Shown: one piece after another, positions 7,663-16,599 of the stretch
Layout: every line of letters starts with the position of its first letter
Numbering within the stretch: the first letter of the stretch is position 1
Source: an uncultured Pseudomonadota bacterium
Lineage (GTDB): Bacteria > BMS3Abin14
NCBI GenBank assembly: GCA_964454175.1
Contig: CAYVSA010000018.1
Coordinates: forward strand, 12,330-33,055
Length of the DNA: 20,726 nucleotides
Direction: 5' to 3'
The notes under the pieces: model-generated
Databases searched by the model: none
What the model saw: only the letters and a program-made list of their open reading frames with translations
Told to the model about the DNA's origin: nothing
Program-made: the position numbers and the translations under genes

Positions 7663-9041
7663 GAGTTGCCTCTCAGGTTCTCTACAATTGCCCTGGCTGT
7701 CTGCCAGATGTCTCCAGCCCCGAGGGTCACAACCAGGTCCCCTGGGGACAGCATATCAGCGGCTGCCTCGACAGCCGCGTCCCTGCTGCCAACATACCTG
7801 GAGCTGTGGTGGCCGTGAGCCGTAATAGTTTCCGCTATTTTCCTGCCGGTGAGACCCTCGATCTCGTCTTCACCAGCGGCGTAGATGTCGCAGACCAGGA
7901 CCTCGTCGGCGTTATAAAATGCCGTACCGAATTCGGCTAAAAGGTCCCTTGTCCGGGAGTATCTGTGAGGCTGGAAGATCGCCACAACCCTGCCATCCCA
8001 TCCCTCTCTGGCTGCCGCCAGGGTCGCCCTGATCTCGGTGGGGTGGTGGCCGTAATCGTCGTAGACACTCACTCCCCCAGCCTCGCCTATCAGCTGGAAC
8101 CTGCGCTGCACACCCTCAAATCCCTCCAGGGCAGTAGCGATATCAATAAAGGGTATCTCCAGCTCCAGTCCCACTGCGATCGCGGCAAGTGAGTTATAGG
8201 CGTTGTAAAGCCCGGGCACTTTCAGAGTTATAGTGCCCAGCTCATCGCCCCTGGAAAATGCAGTGTAGGAGGTCTTAAAACCGCTCTGTTCAATGTCTGC
8301 AGCCATGACAGAAGCCTGGGTAGTGAGGCCATAAGTGACGTAGGGGCGGTCCAGTTCGGGAAGAAGGCCGGCGACTTCCTCATCATCGATACAGAGCACG
8401 GCACGGCCATAGAAGGGCACCTTTTCCAGGAAGAGCCTGAATGCGTTCTTCAGTGCCTCAAAAGTGCCGTAATAATCCATATGTTCCACGTCAATGTTCG
8501 TGACGACTGCTATCGTGGGAGAGAGGTGGAGAAAGGACCCGTCGCTTTCATCTGCTTCGGCAACGAGGTAGTCTCCCTCTCCCAGCCTTGCATTTGTCCC
8601 CAGGCTGTCGAGCTTGCCGCCAATAATCACAGTTGGATCGAAACCGGCATGCGCCATGACCGCCGCCACCATGGAAGTAGTGGTAGTCTTCCCGTGGGAG
8701 CCGGCCAGGGCAACTCCATATTTCATCCTCATGAGTTCGTTCAGCATGGTGGCTCGCTGAACTACAGGAATCGCATTTTGTCGCGCAGCTATGATCTCCG
8801 GGTTGTCCGCCCGTACGGCAGAGGAAACAACGACAACATCGGCCCCCGATATATTTTCCGGGTCATGTCCGACATAGGTCTTCACGCCAAGCTTTTTGAG
8901 CCGCTCGGTGGTGTCGCTGCTCACAAGATCCGATCCGCTGACCCGGTATCCGAGATTAAGGAGGACTTCAGCTATACCTGACATTCCGATACCGCCCACG
9001 CCGACGAAGTGAAGGTGCCCTGTTTTCCTCAGTTTGATCAC
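7659..9041 (-). CDS. murC: UDP-N-acetylmuramate--L-alanine ligase
   Basis: HFVGVGGIGMSGIA, AGSHGKTTTT, EADESDGSF, DDYGHHPTE and FQPHRYSRT. The GTG start overlaps the murG stop. Confidence 0.99.
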   Translation of the reverse strand: MIKLRKTGHLHFVGVGGIGMSGIAEVLLNLGYRVSGSDLVSSDTTERLKKLGVKTYVGHDPENISGADVVVVSSAVRADNPEIIAARQNAIPVVQRATMLNELMRMKYGVALAGSHGKTTTTSMVAAVMAHAGFDPTVIIGGKLDSLGTNARLGEGDYLVAEADESDGSFLHLSPTIAVVTNIDVEHMDYYGTFEALKNAFRLFLEKVPFYGRAVLCIDDEEVAGLLPELDRPYVTYGLTTQASVMAADIEQSGFKTSYTAFSRGDELGTITLKVPGLYNAYNSLAAIAVGLELEIPFIDIATALEGFEGVQRRFQLIGEAGGVSVYDDYGHHPTEIRATLAAAREGWDGRVVAIFQPHRYSRTRDLLAEFGTAFYNADEVLVCDIYAAGEDEIEGLTGRKIAETITAHGHHSSRYVGSRDAAVEAAADMLSPGDLVVTLGAGDIWQTARAIVENLRGNS

Positions 9042-10132
9042 TGTACAGGCCCTCCTGTGACCCGCCTTATCTCCTCCCTGGCAATACTGTCGGCAGCATC
9101 CTGTCTCCCGGCATCTCTTGTTTTTTTTGCCATCGTCGATAGTTCGTCCGGTGAAGTCAGGAGCCTTAATAGTTCTTCTTTCACGATCCGGGGACTGAAC
9201 TCAGCAGCCTCTATGATCACAGCGCCGCCCCTGCTGGCAAGCCACTGTGCGTTGTCGCGCTGATGACCCCCGGCTGCAAAGGGATAAGGCACGAAGACAG
9301 CAGGCACACCAGCCGCGGCAAGCTCCGAAACAGCCATGGCACCGGACCTGGACAGGCAGAGGTCCGCCCTGCTGTAGTAAACACCGATAGGGTCCATGAA
9401 GGGGACTACTTCCACTTCCGCACCCAGCTGCCTGTAGCGATCGATCACCATTTCGCTGTGGGCCCTTCCGGTCTGGTGGATCACCGTGAGTCCCTCCACT
9501 GCATCCAGGAGTTGGGGTACGATCTCCAGTGAGGCATCGTTGAGCTGCGCCGCTCCCTGGCTGCCTCCAAGAATGAGCAGGGTCAATCCCCGTCTACTGT
9601 CCCCGGGCCCGGCATCGGACTGTGCCAGGGCGTTATCTCTGATGGGATTTCCCGCCAGGACCGACTTACCTTCTGGAAATACGCCATCCTGAACTGGGAA
9701 TCCCAGGTAGATCCTTGGAACGAGTCTGGCGAGGAACCTGTTGGCTCTGCCGGGAGAGACATTCTGCTCCATTATGCTCCTATGTATCCTCAGCATAGCT
9801 GCGGCGACAACTCCGGGCACTGAACTGTAGCCCCCCGTCCCTATTACCAGGTCCGGAGATATCCGCCTCAGAGCATACGCAGCCCTCAGAACTCCCAGTG
9901 CAAGCAGCAACCCGCGATAAAACCCCTTGATCGGTCCTGTTCCCATGAGCCCGCCCACAGGCAGAGTCACAAGATCAAAACCGAGAGCCGGTATGACACT
10001 GACTTCGAGCCCCCTCCTGGCACCGAGGAAGGTCACCTTTGACCCCGGCTGGAGTGTTTGGAAGGCCTGCGCGAGGGCGACCCCGGGGAAAAGATGTCCG
10101 CCTGTCCCACCGCCGGCGATGACCACTCTCAC
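9038..10132 (-). CDS. murG: Undecaprenyl-PP-MurNAc-pentapeptide GlcNAc transferase MurG
   Basis: AGGGTGGH, GTGGYSS, EQN, GNPIR, GGSQGA and HQRDNA. The likely start is the GTG at 10132, overlapping the ftsW stop with GGAGG 5 nt upstream; the ORF track starts at 10150. Confidence 0.98.
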   Translation of the reverse strand: MRVVIAGGGTGGHLFPGVALAQAFQTLQPGSKVTFLGARRGLEVSVIPALGFDLVTLPVGGLMGTGPIKGFYRGLLLALGVLRAAYALRRISPDLVIGTGGYSSVPGVVAAAMLRIHRSIMEQNVSPGRANRFLARLVPRIYLGFPVQDGVFPEGKSVLAGNPIRDNALAQSDAGPGDSRRGLTLLILGGSQGAAQLNDASLEIVPQLLDAVEGLTVIHQTGRAHSEMVIDRYRQLGAEVEVVPFMDPIGVYYSRADLCLSRSGAMAVSELAAAGVPAVFVPYPFAAGGHQRDNAQWLASRGGAVIIEAAEFSPRIVKEELLRLLTSPDELSTMAKKTRDAGRQDAADSIAREEIRRVTGGPVQ

Positions 10133-11223
10133 TCCATCCTCCCTGCCCACGAAACGTTAAGCAGTATCCCTGCGGCAGCCATGCTGGCCAGCAGGGATGA
10201 GCCCCCGTAGCTGACGAAGGGAAGCGGCAGGCCTTTCGTTGGAACCAGGCCAAGGGCAACCATGCAGTTGATCAGGGCCTGCAGACCGATCATCATGGTG
10301 AGACCGGCAGCGAGCAGTGTCCCGAAGGGATCAGGCGCTTCTCTGGCTGCTTTCATCCCGCGCGCCATCAGTACAGCAAAAAGAGACAGTATTACGGCGA
10401 CTCCCACGAACCCCAGTTCCTCGCCCACTACTGCGAGTATGAAGTCCGTATGGGATTCCGGCAGGAAGAAAAGCTTGCTCTTGCCGCCGCCTACACCGGT
10501 TCCGGCCAGGCCGCCCTGGCCAAACGCCACAAAAGACTGTACGAGCTGGAATCCGGACCCGTCGTATTCCTTCCAGGGATCGAGGAATGCCTTTATCCTC
10601 TGCATTCTGAAACCCGCATTGGCCACCATGAAACCTACTGCCGGCAGTCCTGCAAGGGCCAGCCCGGTGAGGATCCTCAAGCGGACCCCGGCCGCAAAGA
10701 AGAGGCCCGCGGTCAGCAATCCAATAAATATGGCAGTACCCAGGTCGGGCTCCATCGCCACGAGTATGATGATCGACAAAACGACAATGATCGGCCTTAT
10801 GAGACAGGTGCCATCATGCTCGACGAGTTCACCCCTTCGGCCCAGGTACCGGGCCATGTACATAACCACCACCAGTTTTGCGAATTCGGCAACCTGGAGG
10901 GAAAAAGGACCGACCTTGAACCACCTTGAGGCCCCGTTTGCCCTGTAGCCCAGTGGACCCACAACTACCGCGAGCAAAACGACGGTGACTGCAAGGAGGA
11001 CCACAACGCTCTTTTCCCATATTCCATAGGGGATCACCGAACAGATGAGCAGCACAACCAGCCCGGCGGCGGTAAACAGCGCCTGCCTTTTGAAAAAGTA
11101 CGCACTGTCGCCGGTTTCCCTCGCCGCGTGCACGGCGCTCGCGCTGTATACCATCACAACCCCCAGCGCAACCAGCACCAGTACTGAGATAATGAGTGCC
11201 GCATCCATCCTGATCGATTTCAT
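10129..11223 (-). CDS. ftsW: SEDS peptidoglycan polymerase FtsW
   Basis: Multi-TM protein with MVYSAS, GASRW, AEFAK, EPDLGT, LPESHTDFI and PTKGLPLPFVSYGGSS. ATGA overlap with the murD stop. Confidence 0.98.
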   Translation of the reverse strand: MKSIRMDAALIISVLVLVALGVVMVYSASAVHAARETGDSAYFFKRQALFTAAGLVVLLICSVIPYGIWEKSVVVLLAVTVVLLAVVVGPLGYRANGASRWFKVGPFSLQVAEFAKLVVVMYMARYLGRRGELVEHDGTCLIRPIIVVLSIIILVAMEPDLGTAIFIGLLTAGLFFAAGVRLRILTGLALAGLPAVGFMVANAGFRMQRIKAFLDPWKEYDGSGFQLVQSFVAFGQGGLAGTGVGGGKSKLFFLPESHTDFILAVVGEELGFVGVAVILSLFAVLMARGMKAAREAPDPFGTLLAAGLTMMIGLQALINCMVALGLVPTKGLPLPFVSYGGSSLLASMAAAGILLNVSWAGRME

Positions 11224-12620
11224 TTCATAATTCCCACGTAACGTCGCACAAGACCCTTAAAGATCCTGCCTCTTTCCTCGAAATTTTCGAACATGTCAAA
11301 GCTCGAACATGCCGGCGAGAAAAGGATCTCGTGTCCAGGCCTCGCCCTGTCGAGAGCTGTTCTGACGGCCTCATCCAGGCTGGTGGAAATGACAGTCTCC
11401 ACTTCTGTGCCCAGTTCCTCTTCCATTTTTCCGGCAGCCTCACCTATGAGTATCAACAGGCTGACTTTTCTCCGGAGGAGGCCTTTCATCGGTGTGTAGG
11501 GAGCACCTTTGTCCTTGCCGCCCATTATCAGTATGGCTTGTCCCTTAATACTCCCCAGCGAGCTTAACGTTGCTCCGACGTTGGTTCCCTTGGAATCGTT
11601 GTAGATCGGGACCCCCCTGAAGTATTCCACCAGCTCCATCCTGTGCTCGAGCCCTTCGAAAGTTGTCAGAACCCGTGCCATGGCTTCAAGGTCAATTCCC
11701 ATTCTGTAGCCGGCGGCAACTGCGGCAAGGGTATTTTCCAGGTTGTGGACACCGGTCATTGCCACTTTTCCCGATTCCAGGACCCTGGCTGAAATAGCTT
11801 CATCCTGAATGGTTATCCAGTCCTCGTTGACTGAAACTCCTGTTTCAAGAACATTCCTTCTGCTGAAGCCGAAGATCTGTGCCCTCAGGCCTTTTGACAT
11901 CTCCACGACCACAGGATCATCCTCGTTGACCACAGCCGTGCAGGACTCATCCATGTTTGCAAAGATCGATGACTTGGCCGCAACGTAATCCGTCTCACTA
12001 TCGTAACGATCCAGATGATCAGGCGAGACATTGAGCATCACAGCGACAGCTGGTTTGAAATTTTCCATGGTTTCAAGCTGGAAACTGGATACCTCCGCAA
12101 CCACAAATTCAGAATCCTTTTCTCCTTCGACCAGCTCCGCTGACGGAGTACCGAGGTTCCCGCCAACTACGGCATTGATCCCGGCCTCTTTCGCGAACAG
12201 ACCAAGCAAGGTCGTGGTAGTAGACTTCCCGTTGCTCCCGCTCACTGCCACCCAGGGCTTTGTAGACAGCCGGAAGGCGAGTTCCATCTCCCCTATGACC
12301 TTTATGCCTTTGGCGGCGGCTTCCATAACCGCCTCGGTCCGGGCCGGGACGCCGGGACTGAGGACCACGAGGGGGAACTGCAGGAAAAGGGAAGCCGGGT
12401 GCCCACCCCACTCGACCCTCACATCGGGGTCCAGACCGTTCAAACCGGACCTGAATTCGGCCTCTGTAGCCATTTCACTGACGACTACGCTGCACCCGAG
12501 TCTGGCAAGCATGTTGGCCGCCGCACAACCTGAACGGCCGAGGCCCACTACGAGGACGGGTTTTTTTCGTCCTATCAATTTTTTCAGCGGGTCTTTCCTG
12601 CTTTTAAAGGGCACTTTCAA
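11220..12620 (-). CDS. murD: UDP-N-acetylmuramoyl-L-alanine--D-glutamate ligase
   Basis: VVGLGRSG, SPGVP, GSNGKSTTT, EVSSFQL, DHLDRY, NDSKGTN and SPACSSFDMF. TTG start, whose position is less certain. Confidence 0.98.
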   Translation of the reverse strand: MKVPFKSRKDPLKKLIGRKKPVLVVGLGRSGCAAANMLARLGCSVVVSEMATEAEFRSGLNGLDPDVRVEWGGHPASLFLQFPLVVLSPGVPARTEAVMEAAAKGIKVIGEMELAFRLSTKPWVAVSGSNGKSTTTTLLGLFAKEAGINAVVGGNLGTPSAELVEGEKDSEFVVAEVSSFQLETMENFKPAVAVMLNVSPDHLDRYDSETDYVAAKSSIFANMDESCTAVVNEDDPVVVEMSKGLRAQIFGFSRRNVLETGVSVNEDWITIQDEAISARVLESGKVAMTGVHNLENTLAAVAAGYRMGIDLEAMARVLTTFEGLEHRMELVEYFRGVPIYNDSKGTNVGATLSSLGSIKGQAILIMGGKDKGAPYTPMKGLLRRKVSLLILIGEAAGKMEEELGTEVETVISTSLDEAVRTALDRARPGHEILFSPACSSFDMFENFEERGRIFKGLVRRYVGIMK

Positions 12621-12624
12621 CGTT

Positions 12625-13707
12625 TCACCTTATCTTCAGTGTGGTCAGAGATATCAGGACCAGAATTATGGAAATTATCCAGAACCGAACAATGATCTTG
12701 GGCTCAGGCCACCCCTTTTTTTCAAAGTGGTGATGAAGAGGAGCCATTAGAAAAACCCGTTTCCCAAAAAGGCGAAAAGATATGACCTGGATGATCACAC
12801 TCAGGGCCTCCAGGACAAAGAGTCCTCCCACCAGCACCAGAAGAAGCTCCTGTTTGGCAATTACAGCCAGCAGTCCCAGAGCTCCGCCCAGGGACAGGGA
12901 TCCTATATCTCCCATGAAAACCTGTGCGGGATAGGTATTGAACCAGAGGAAACCAAGGCTAGCGCCCACCATAGCTCCGCAGAACACTGTGAGTTCACCG
13001 GCCTCAGGCACGAATACTATCTGCAGATAATCAGCAAACCGGGCGTGACCTGTGAGGTAGATCAAAAGGGCATAAGCACCGGATGCAAACATCACGGGCC
13101 CTATGGCAAGACCGTCTAGACCGTCGGTCAGGTTCACACCGTTGGATGTCCCGATGATCACCACCATCACGAAAGGTATGTAGAAAATTGACAGGGGCAG
13201 GAGCACTTCCTTAAAGAAGGGAACCTGGAGGAAGGGTCCGAACTGATCGCCTGGCCTTACGTAAAGGTAAACAGCCACAGCCAAAGCGATAAGCACCTGG
13301 AGACTGAACTTGGTTCTGATGGTCAGTCCGCGCCCCTTCGATCCGTAGAGCTTTTTCATGTCGTCTACAAGTCCGACCATCCCGAAACAGGTGAAAGTTA
13401 TCAGCACCAGCCATACCAGACGGTTAGACAGGTCTGCCCAGAGAAGAGTTGAAAGGACAATGGCGATGAAGATCAGAAGGCCGCCCATGGTGGGAACACC
13501 GGACTTGAGAAGGTGGTTTTCCGGCAGGTACTCCCTCACGTAGTTGCCCGGTTGGGCCGTCTTGAGCCTGCCGATGATCCAGGGGCCGAGGATGAAGCTG
13601 ATGACCAGGGCAGTCAGGACAGACAGAGCCGTCCGGAAGGTAATATAACGGAAAACGTTAAATCCCGGATCGAAAGCTTTCATCGAGTAGAAAAACTTGT
13701 ATAGCAC
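12625..13707 (-). CDS. mraY: Phospho-N-acetylmuramoyl-pentapeptide transferase
   Basis: Hydrophobic protein with PTMGG, VDDMKK, NLTDGLDGL, PAQVFMGDIGS and MAPLHHHFE. The GTG start directly abuts the murF stop. Confidence 0.99.
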   Translation of the reverse strand: MLYKFFYSMKAFDPGFNVFRYITFRTALSVLTALVISFILGPWIIGRLKTAQPGNYVREYLPENHLLKSGVPTMGGLLIFIAIVLSTLLWADLSNRLVWLVLITFTCFGMVGLVDDMKKLYGSKGRGLTIRTKFSLQVLIALAVAVYLYVRPGDQFGPFLQVPFFKEVLLPLSIFYIPFVMVVIIGTSNGVNLTDGLDGLAIGPVMFASGAYALLIYLTGHARFADYLQIVFVPEAGELTVFCGAMVGASLGFLWFNTYPAQVFMGDIGSLSLGGALGLLAVIAKQELLLVLVGGLFVLEALSVIIQVISFRLFGKRVFLMAPLHHHFEKKGWPEPKIIVRFWIISIILVLISLTTLKIR

Positions 13708-15120
13708 TCAGAATCCTCCAGCTTCCGCAGGCAGATCACCTTCAGCCAGGCTTGCAATGATCTTTTCCATCCTGGCTGCTCTGGAGCCCTTGAAAAGGAC
13801 CCATACACCCGGGGCAAGAAGGGGGGCCAGGCTCTGAACGGCATCTTCGCCGCCGCCGCAGACAAATATCCTCTCATCATCCATGCCCGCATTTCTGGCG
13901 CCTTCTGCCGTCAGGCCAGCCGACTCGCCCACAACTACGAGATAGTCGATCCCGAGGCGCCCCGCTGCTTCGCCGACATGGGTGTGACCTTCATCGGAAA
14001 ATTTTCCGAGCTCCTTCATCTCTCCCAGGACAGCTACCGTTACTCCCTCGGATTTCAACGCGGCCAGACTTTCAAGGGCGGTCTTCACGGACAGCGGATT
14101 GGCATTGTAAGTATCATCGATAAATGAGATTCCCGGCTGCGGCTCAAATATCCTGCCTCTTTGCTGCATGGGTCTCCAGTTGTGGAGCCCGGCTGTTATC
14201 TGTTCACGGGATACTCCGAGTGGTATGGCCCCGGCAACAGCAGCCAATGCATCTTCGACAAAGTGTTTACCGAAAGCCTTGAGGGTCACCTGTTCACTGC
14301 CAGACGGCGTTTTCAGAACGAAGGACGTATCCGCGCCCAGCTGTATCTGGGAAGCTGTGACGTCTCCCGAATTAAAGCCGTATTCCACGATTGTGCAGCC
14401 CGCTTTTTTCCTGAGGTATTCGAAATTAGGATCGTCGGTGTTAAGAGCACACCAACCGGACCGTGGAATTTTTTCGAGGATCGACCCCTTCTCCTTCAGC
14501 AGTGAGTCGGGGTCGCCAAAGCCCTCCAGGTGCGCCCAGCCCAGCCTGGTGACGACTGCCCCTTCCGGCTTTGCGATGGAAGCTAAAAGACCTATTTCCC
14601 CCGGGGTGTTAGAACCCATTTCCACAACTGCGTAACGGTGAAAATCTGAAAGTTCCATCAGGGAAAGAGGCAGACCAATGTGATTGTTAAGATTCCCGGG
14701 ATTTTTAAGGCAAGGTCCGACCGTTGAGATCACACTGGCCGCCATCTCTTTTGTGGTGGTCTTGCCAACGCTTCCGACCACCGCAACGAGTTGTACGTCG
14801 TGTTTTCTCCTCCAGTGCGCCGCGAGGCTCTGGAGGGCCCTGATAGTGTCTTGAACGACTACAAGAGCAACAGGCGGCACTTGCTTTGGATCAGCTTCAA
14901 ATTCCGAATCTACAACGGCAAGGGCCGCACCTCTCTTGCCTGCCTCGTGAAGGTGATCGTGACCATCGTGAACTTCACCCCGGATCGCAAAAAATACCTG
15001 ACCAGGCCGGACTGTACGGCTGTCGATGCTGATACCGGTGAAAAGGGATGGTCCATCCGCCCGGGTGATCAGCGTGCCGCCGGTGCCTGAAATTATGTCC
15101 CGGAGGTGATGCCTGATCAC
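13708..15120 (-). CDS. murF: UDP-MurNAc-tripeptide--D-Ala-D-Ala ligase
   Basis: IDSR, GSVGKTTTKE, NLNNHIGLP, VEMG, AHLEGFG, DDTYNANP, LGEMKELG and KGSR. GTGA overlap with the murE stop. Confidence 0.98.
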   Translation of the reverse strand: MIRHHLRDIISGTGGTLITRADGPSLFTGISIDSRTVRPGQVFFAIRGEVHDGHDHLHEAGKRGAALAVVDSEFEADPKQVPPVALVVVQDTIRALQSLAAHWRRKHDVQLVAVVGSVGKTTTKEMAASVISTVGPCLKNPGNLNNHIGLPLSLMELSDFHRYAVVEMGSNTPGEIGLLASIAKPEGAVVTRLGWAHLEGFGDPDSLLKEKGSILEKIPRSGWCALNTDDPNFEYLRKKAGCTIVEYGFNSGDVTASQIQLGADTSFVLKTPSGSEQVTLKAFGKHFVEDALAAVAGAIPLGVSREQITAGLHNWRPMQQRGRIFEPQPGISFIDDTYNANPLSVKTALESLAALKSEGVTVAVLGEMKELGKFSDEGHTHVGEAAGRLGIDYLVVVGESAGLTAEGARNAGMDDERIFVCGGGEDAVQSLAPLLAPGVWVLFKGSRAARMEKIIASLAEGDLPAEAGGF

Positions 15121-16583
15121 AACTCGGCCTCCCCCAGCCTGCTCAACACTTTTGCCAGCTCATCCGCATCGGAAAAGGGAAGGGTCCTGTTACCTGTTAT
15201 CTGATAGTTCTCGTGCCCCTTGCCGGCTATTACGAGTACATCTCCCGGTTCAGCCTCCAGCGCTGATGCAGCGATAGCCTCACGCCGGTCGGGCACCCTT
15301 CTGATGGTCGGACCGGTACTGCTGATCCCCTGGAAAATGTCATCAATGATCTTTTCAGGATCCTCACTCCTGGGGTTATCCGACGTTACGTAGACGGTGT
15401 CGGCCAGCTGCTCGGCGATCTTCCCCATAACAGGCCGCTTTGCCCGGTCCCTGTCTCCCCCGCAGCCGAACACTAATATCACCCTGTTATCAGCCATCTC
15501 CCTGACATTGGCGAGAAGGTTCTCCAGGGCATCGGGGGTGTGGGCATAGTCCACGAGGGCCGTAAAAGCCTGGCCGCGGTCGACCCTTTCGAAACGGCCT
15601 GGAACCTTTCTGACTTCGCTGATCCCCTCTGCTATGGCATTGGCCGAAAGGCCCATCAGGCCGCATATTCCGGCCGCAGCCATTATGTTTGATATATTGA
15701 ACAACCCCGGGAGGGGTGAGTCGACGGGCACAGCACCCCACGGTGTAGCCAGCGAGAGACGGCTCCCCCACTCTCCCCATTCCATCTTCCCTTCAGGCCT
15801 TATATCGCCTTCCTTCATTCCAAAAGTGAGGGTTTCGCTGCCGGTCTTTTTAAGGAGCCTCCTGCCGTAGGGGTCATCCACGTTGATAAGGCAGTTGGCC
15901 GCGACATCACGGTTAAAAAGCCGTGCCTTTGCCTCGAAGTAGTCTTCCATGTCCTGGTGAAAATCCATGTGATCGGAAGTCAGGTTTGTGAAAACTGCAG
16001 CCTCCATGTGAATTCCGGTAACCCTTTCGAGGCAGAGTGCGTGGGATGACACCTCTACGATACAGGCTTCGGTTTTCCCCTTTTCCATGGCCGACAGCAT
16101 CGCATTGAGATCGGGCGACTCCGGTGTTGTCCGCGAAGCACTTATAACCTGGCCACCCACGAGGTACTGCACAGTTCCGATCAGCCCGGTCCCCAACCCG
16201 GCCTTTTCCAGTATCCCGTGAGCGAGATAAGCTGTAGTCGTCTTTCCGTTGGTACCAGTTATCCCCACAACCTTCAGTCTGGATGAGGGGTCGCCGTAAA
16301 AGTTCCTCGAGGCCAGGGCCAGAGACCGCCGGACATTTTCCGAGATAACGACCGAGCAGCCATCAAGGTTCGGTACCTCCGAACCGAGCAGGAAGCTCAT
16401 AGCCCCCATCTCCCTGGCCTGGTGGACGAAATCGGCCCCGTCGAATCGTTCTCCTTTTACTGCAGCGAAGAGGTCTCCAGACGCAACCTTGCGTGAATCG
16501 TATTTGATCCCGCTCACATCATTATTCTCCGGCCCGGTGAACCGCAGGCCTTCCATGCCTTCCATGACCTCCCTCAGTTTCAT
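15117..16583 (-). CDS. murE: UDP-MurNAc-L-Ala-D-Glu--meso-diaminopimelate ligase
   Basis: GITGTNGKTTT, TTPE, EVSSH, DHMDFH, VDYAHTPD, FGCGGDRD, the DNPR motif (meso-DAP specificity) and AGKGHE. Confidence 0.99.
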   Translation of the reverse strand: MKLREVMEGMEGLRFTGPENNDVSGIKYDSRKVASGDLFAAVKGERFDGADFVHQAREMGAMSFLLGSEVPNLDGCSVVISENVRRSLALASRNFYGDPSSRLKVVGITGTNGKTTTAYLAHGILEKAGLGTGLIGTVQYLVGGQVISASRTTPESPDLNAMLSAMEKGKTEACIVEVSSHALCLERVTGIHMEAAVFTNLTSDHMDFHQDMEDYFEAKARLFNRDVAANCLINVDDPYGRRLLKKTGSETLTFGMKEGDIRPEGKMEWGEWGSRLSLATPWGAVPVDSPLPGLFNISNIMAAAGICGLMGLSANAIAEGISEVRKVPGRFERVDRGQAFTALVDYAHTPDALENLLANVREMADNRVILVFGCGGDRDRAKRPVMGKIAEQLADTVYVTSDNPRSEDPEKIIDDIFQGISSTGPTIRRVPDRREAIAASALEAEPGDVLVIAGKGHENYQITGNRTLPFSDADELAKVLSRLGEAEL

Positions 16584-16599
16584 AACTATTTCCGTACGG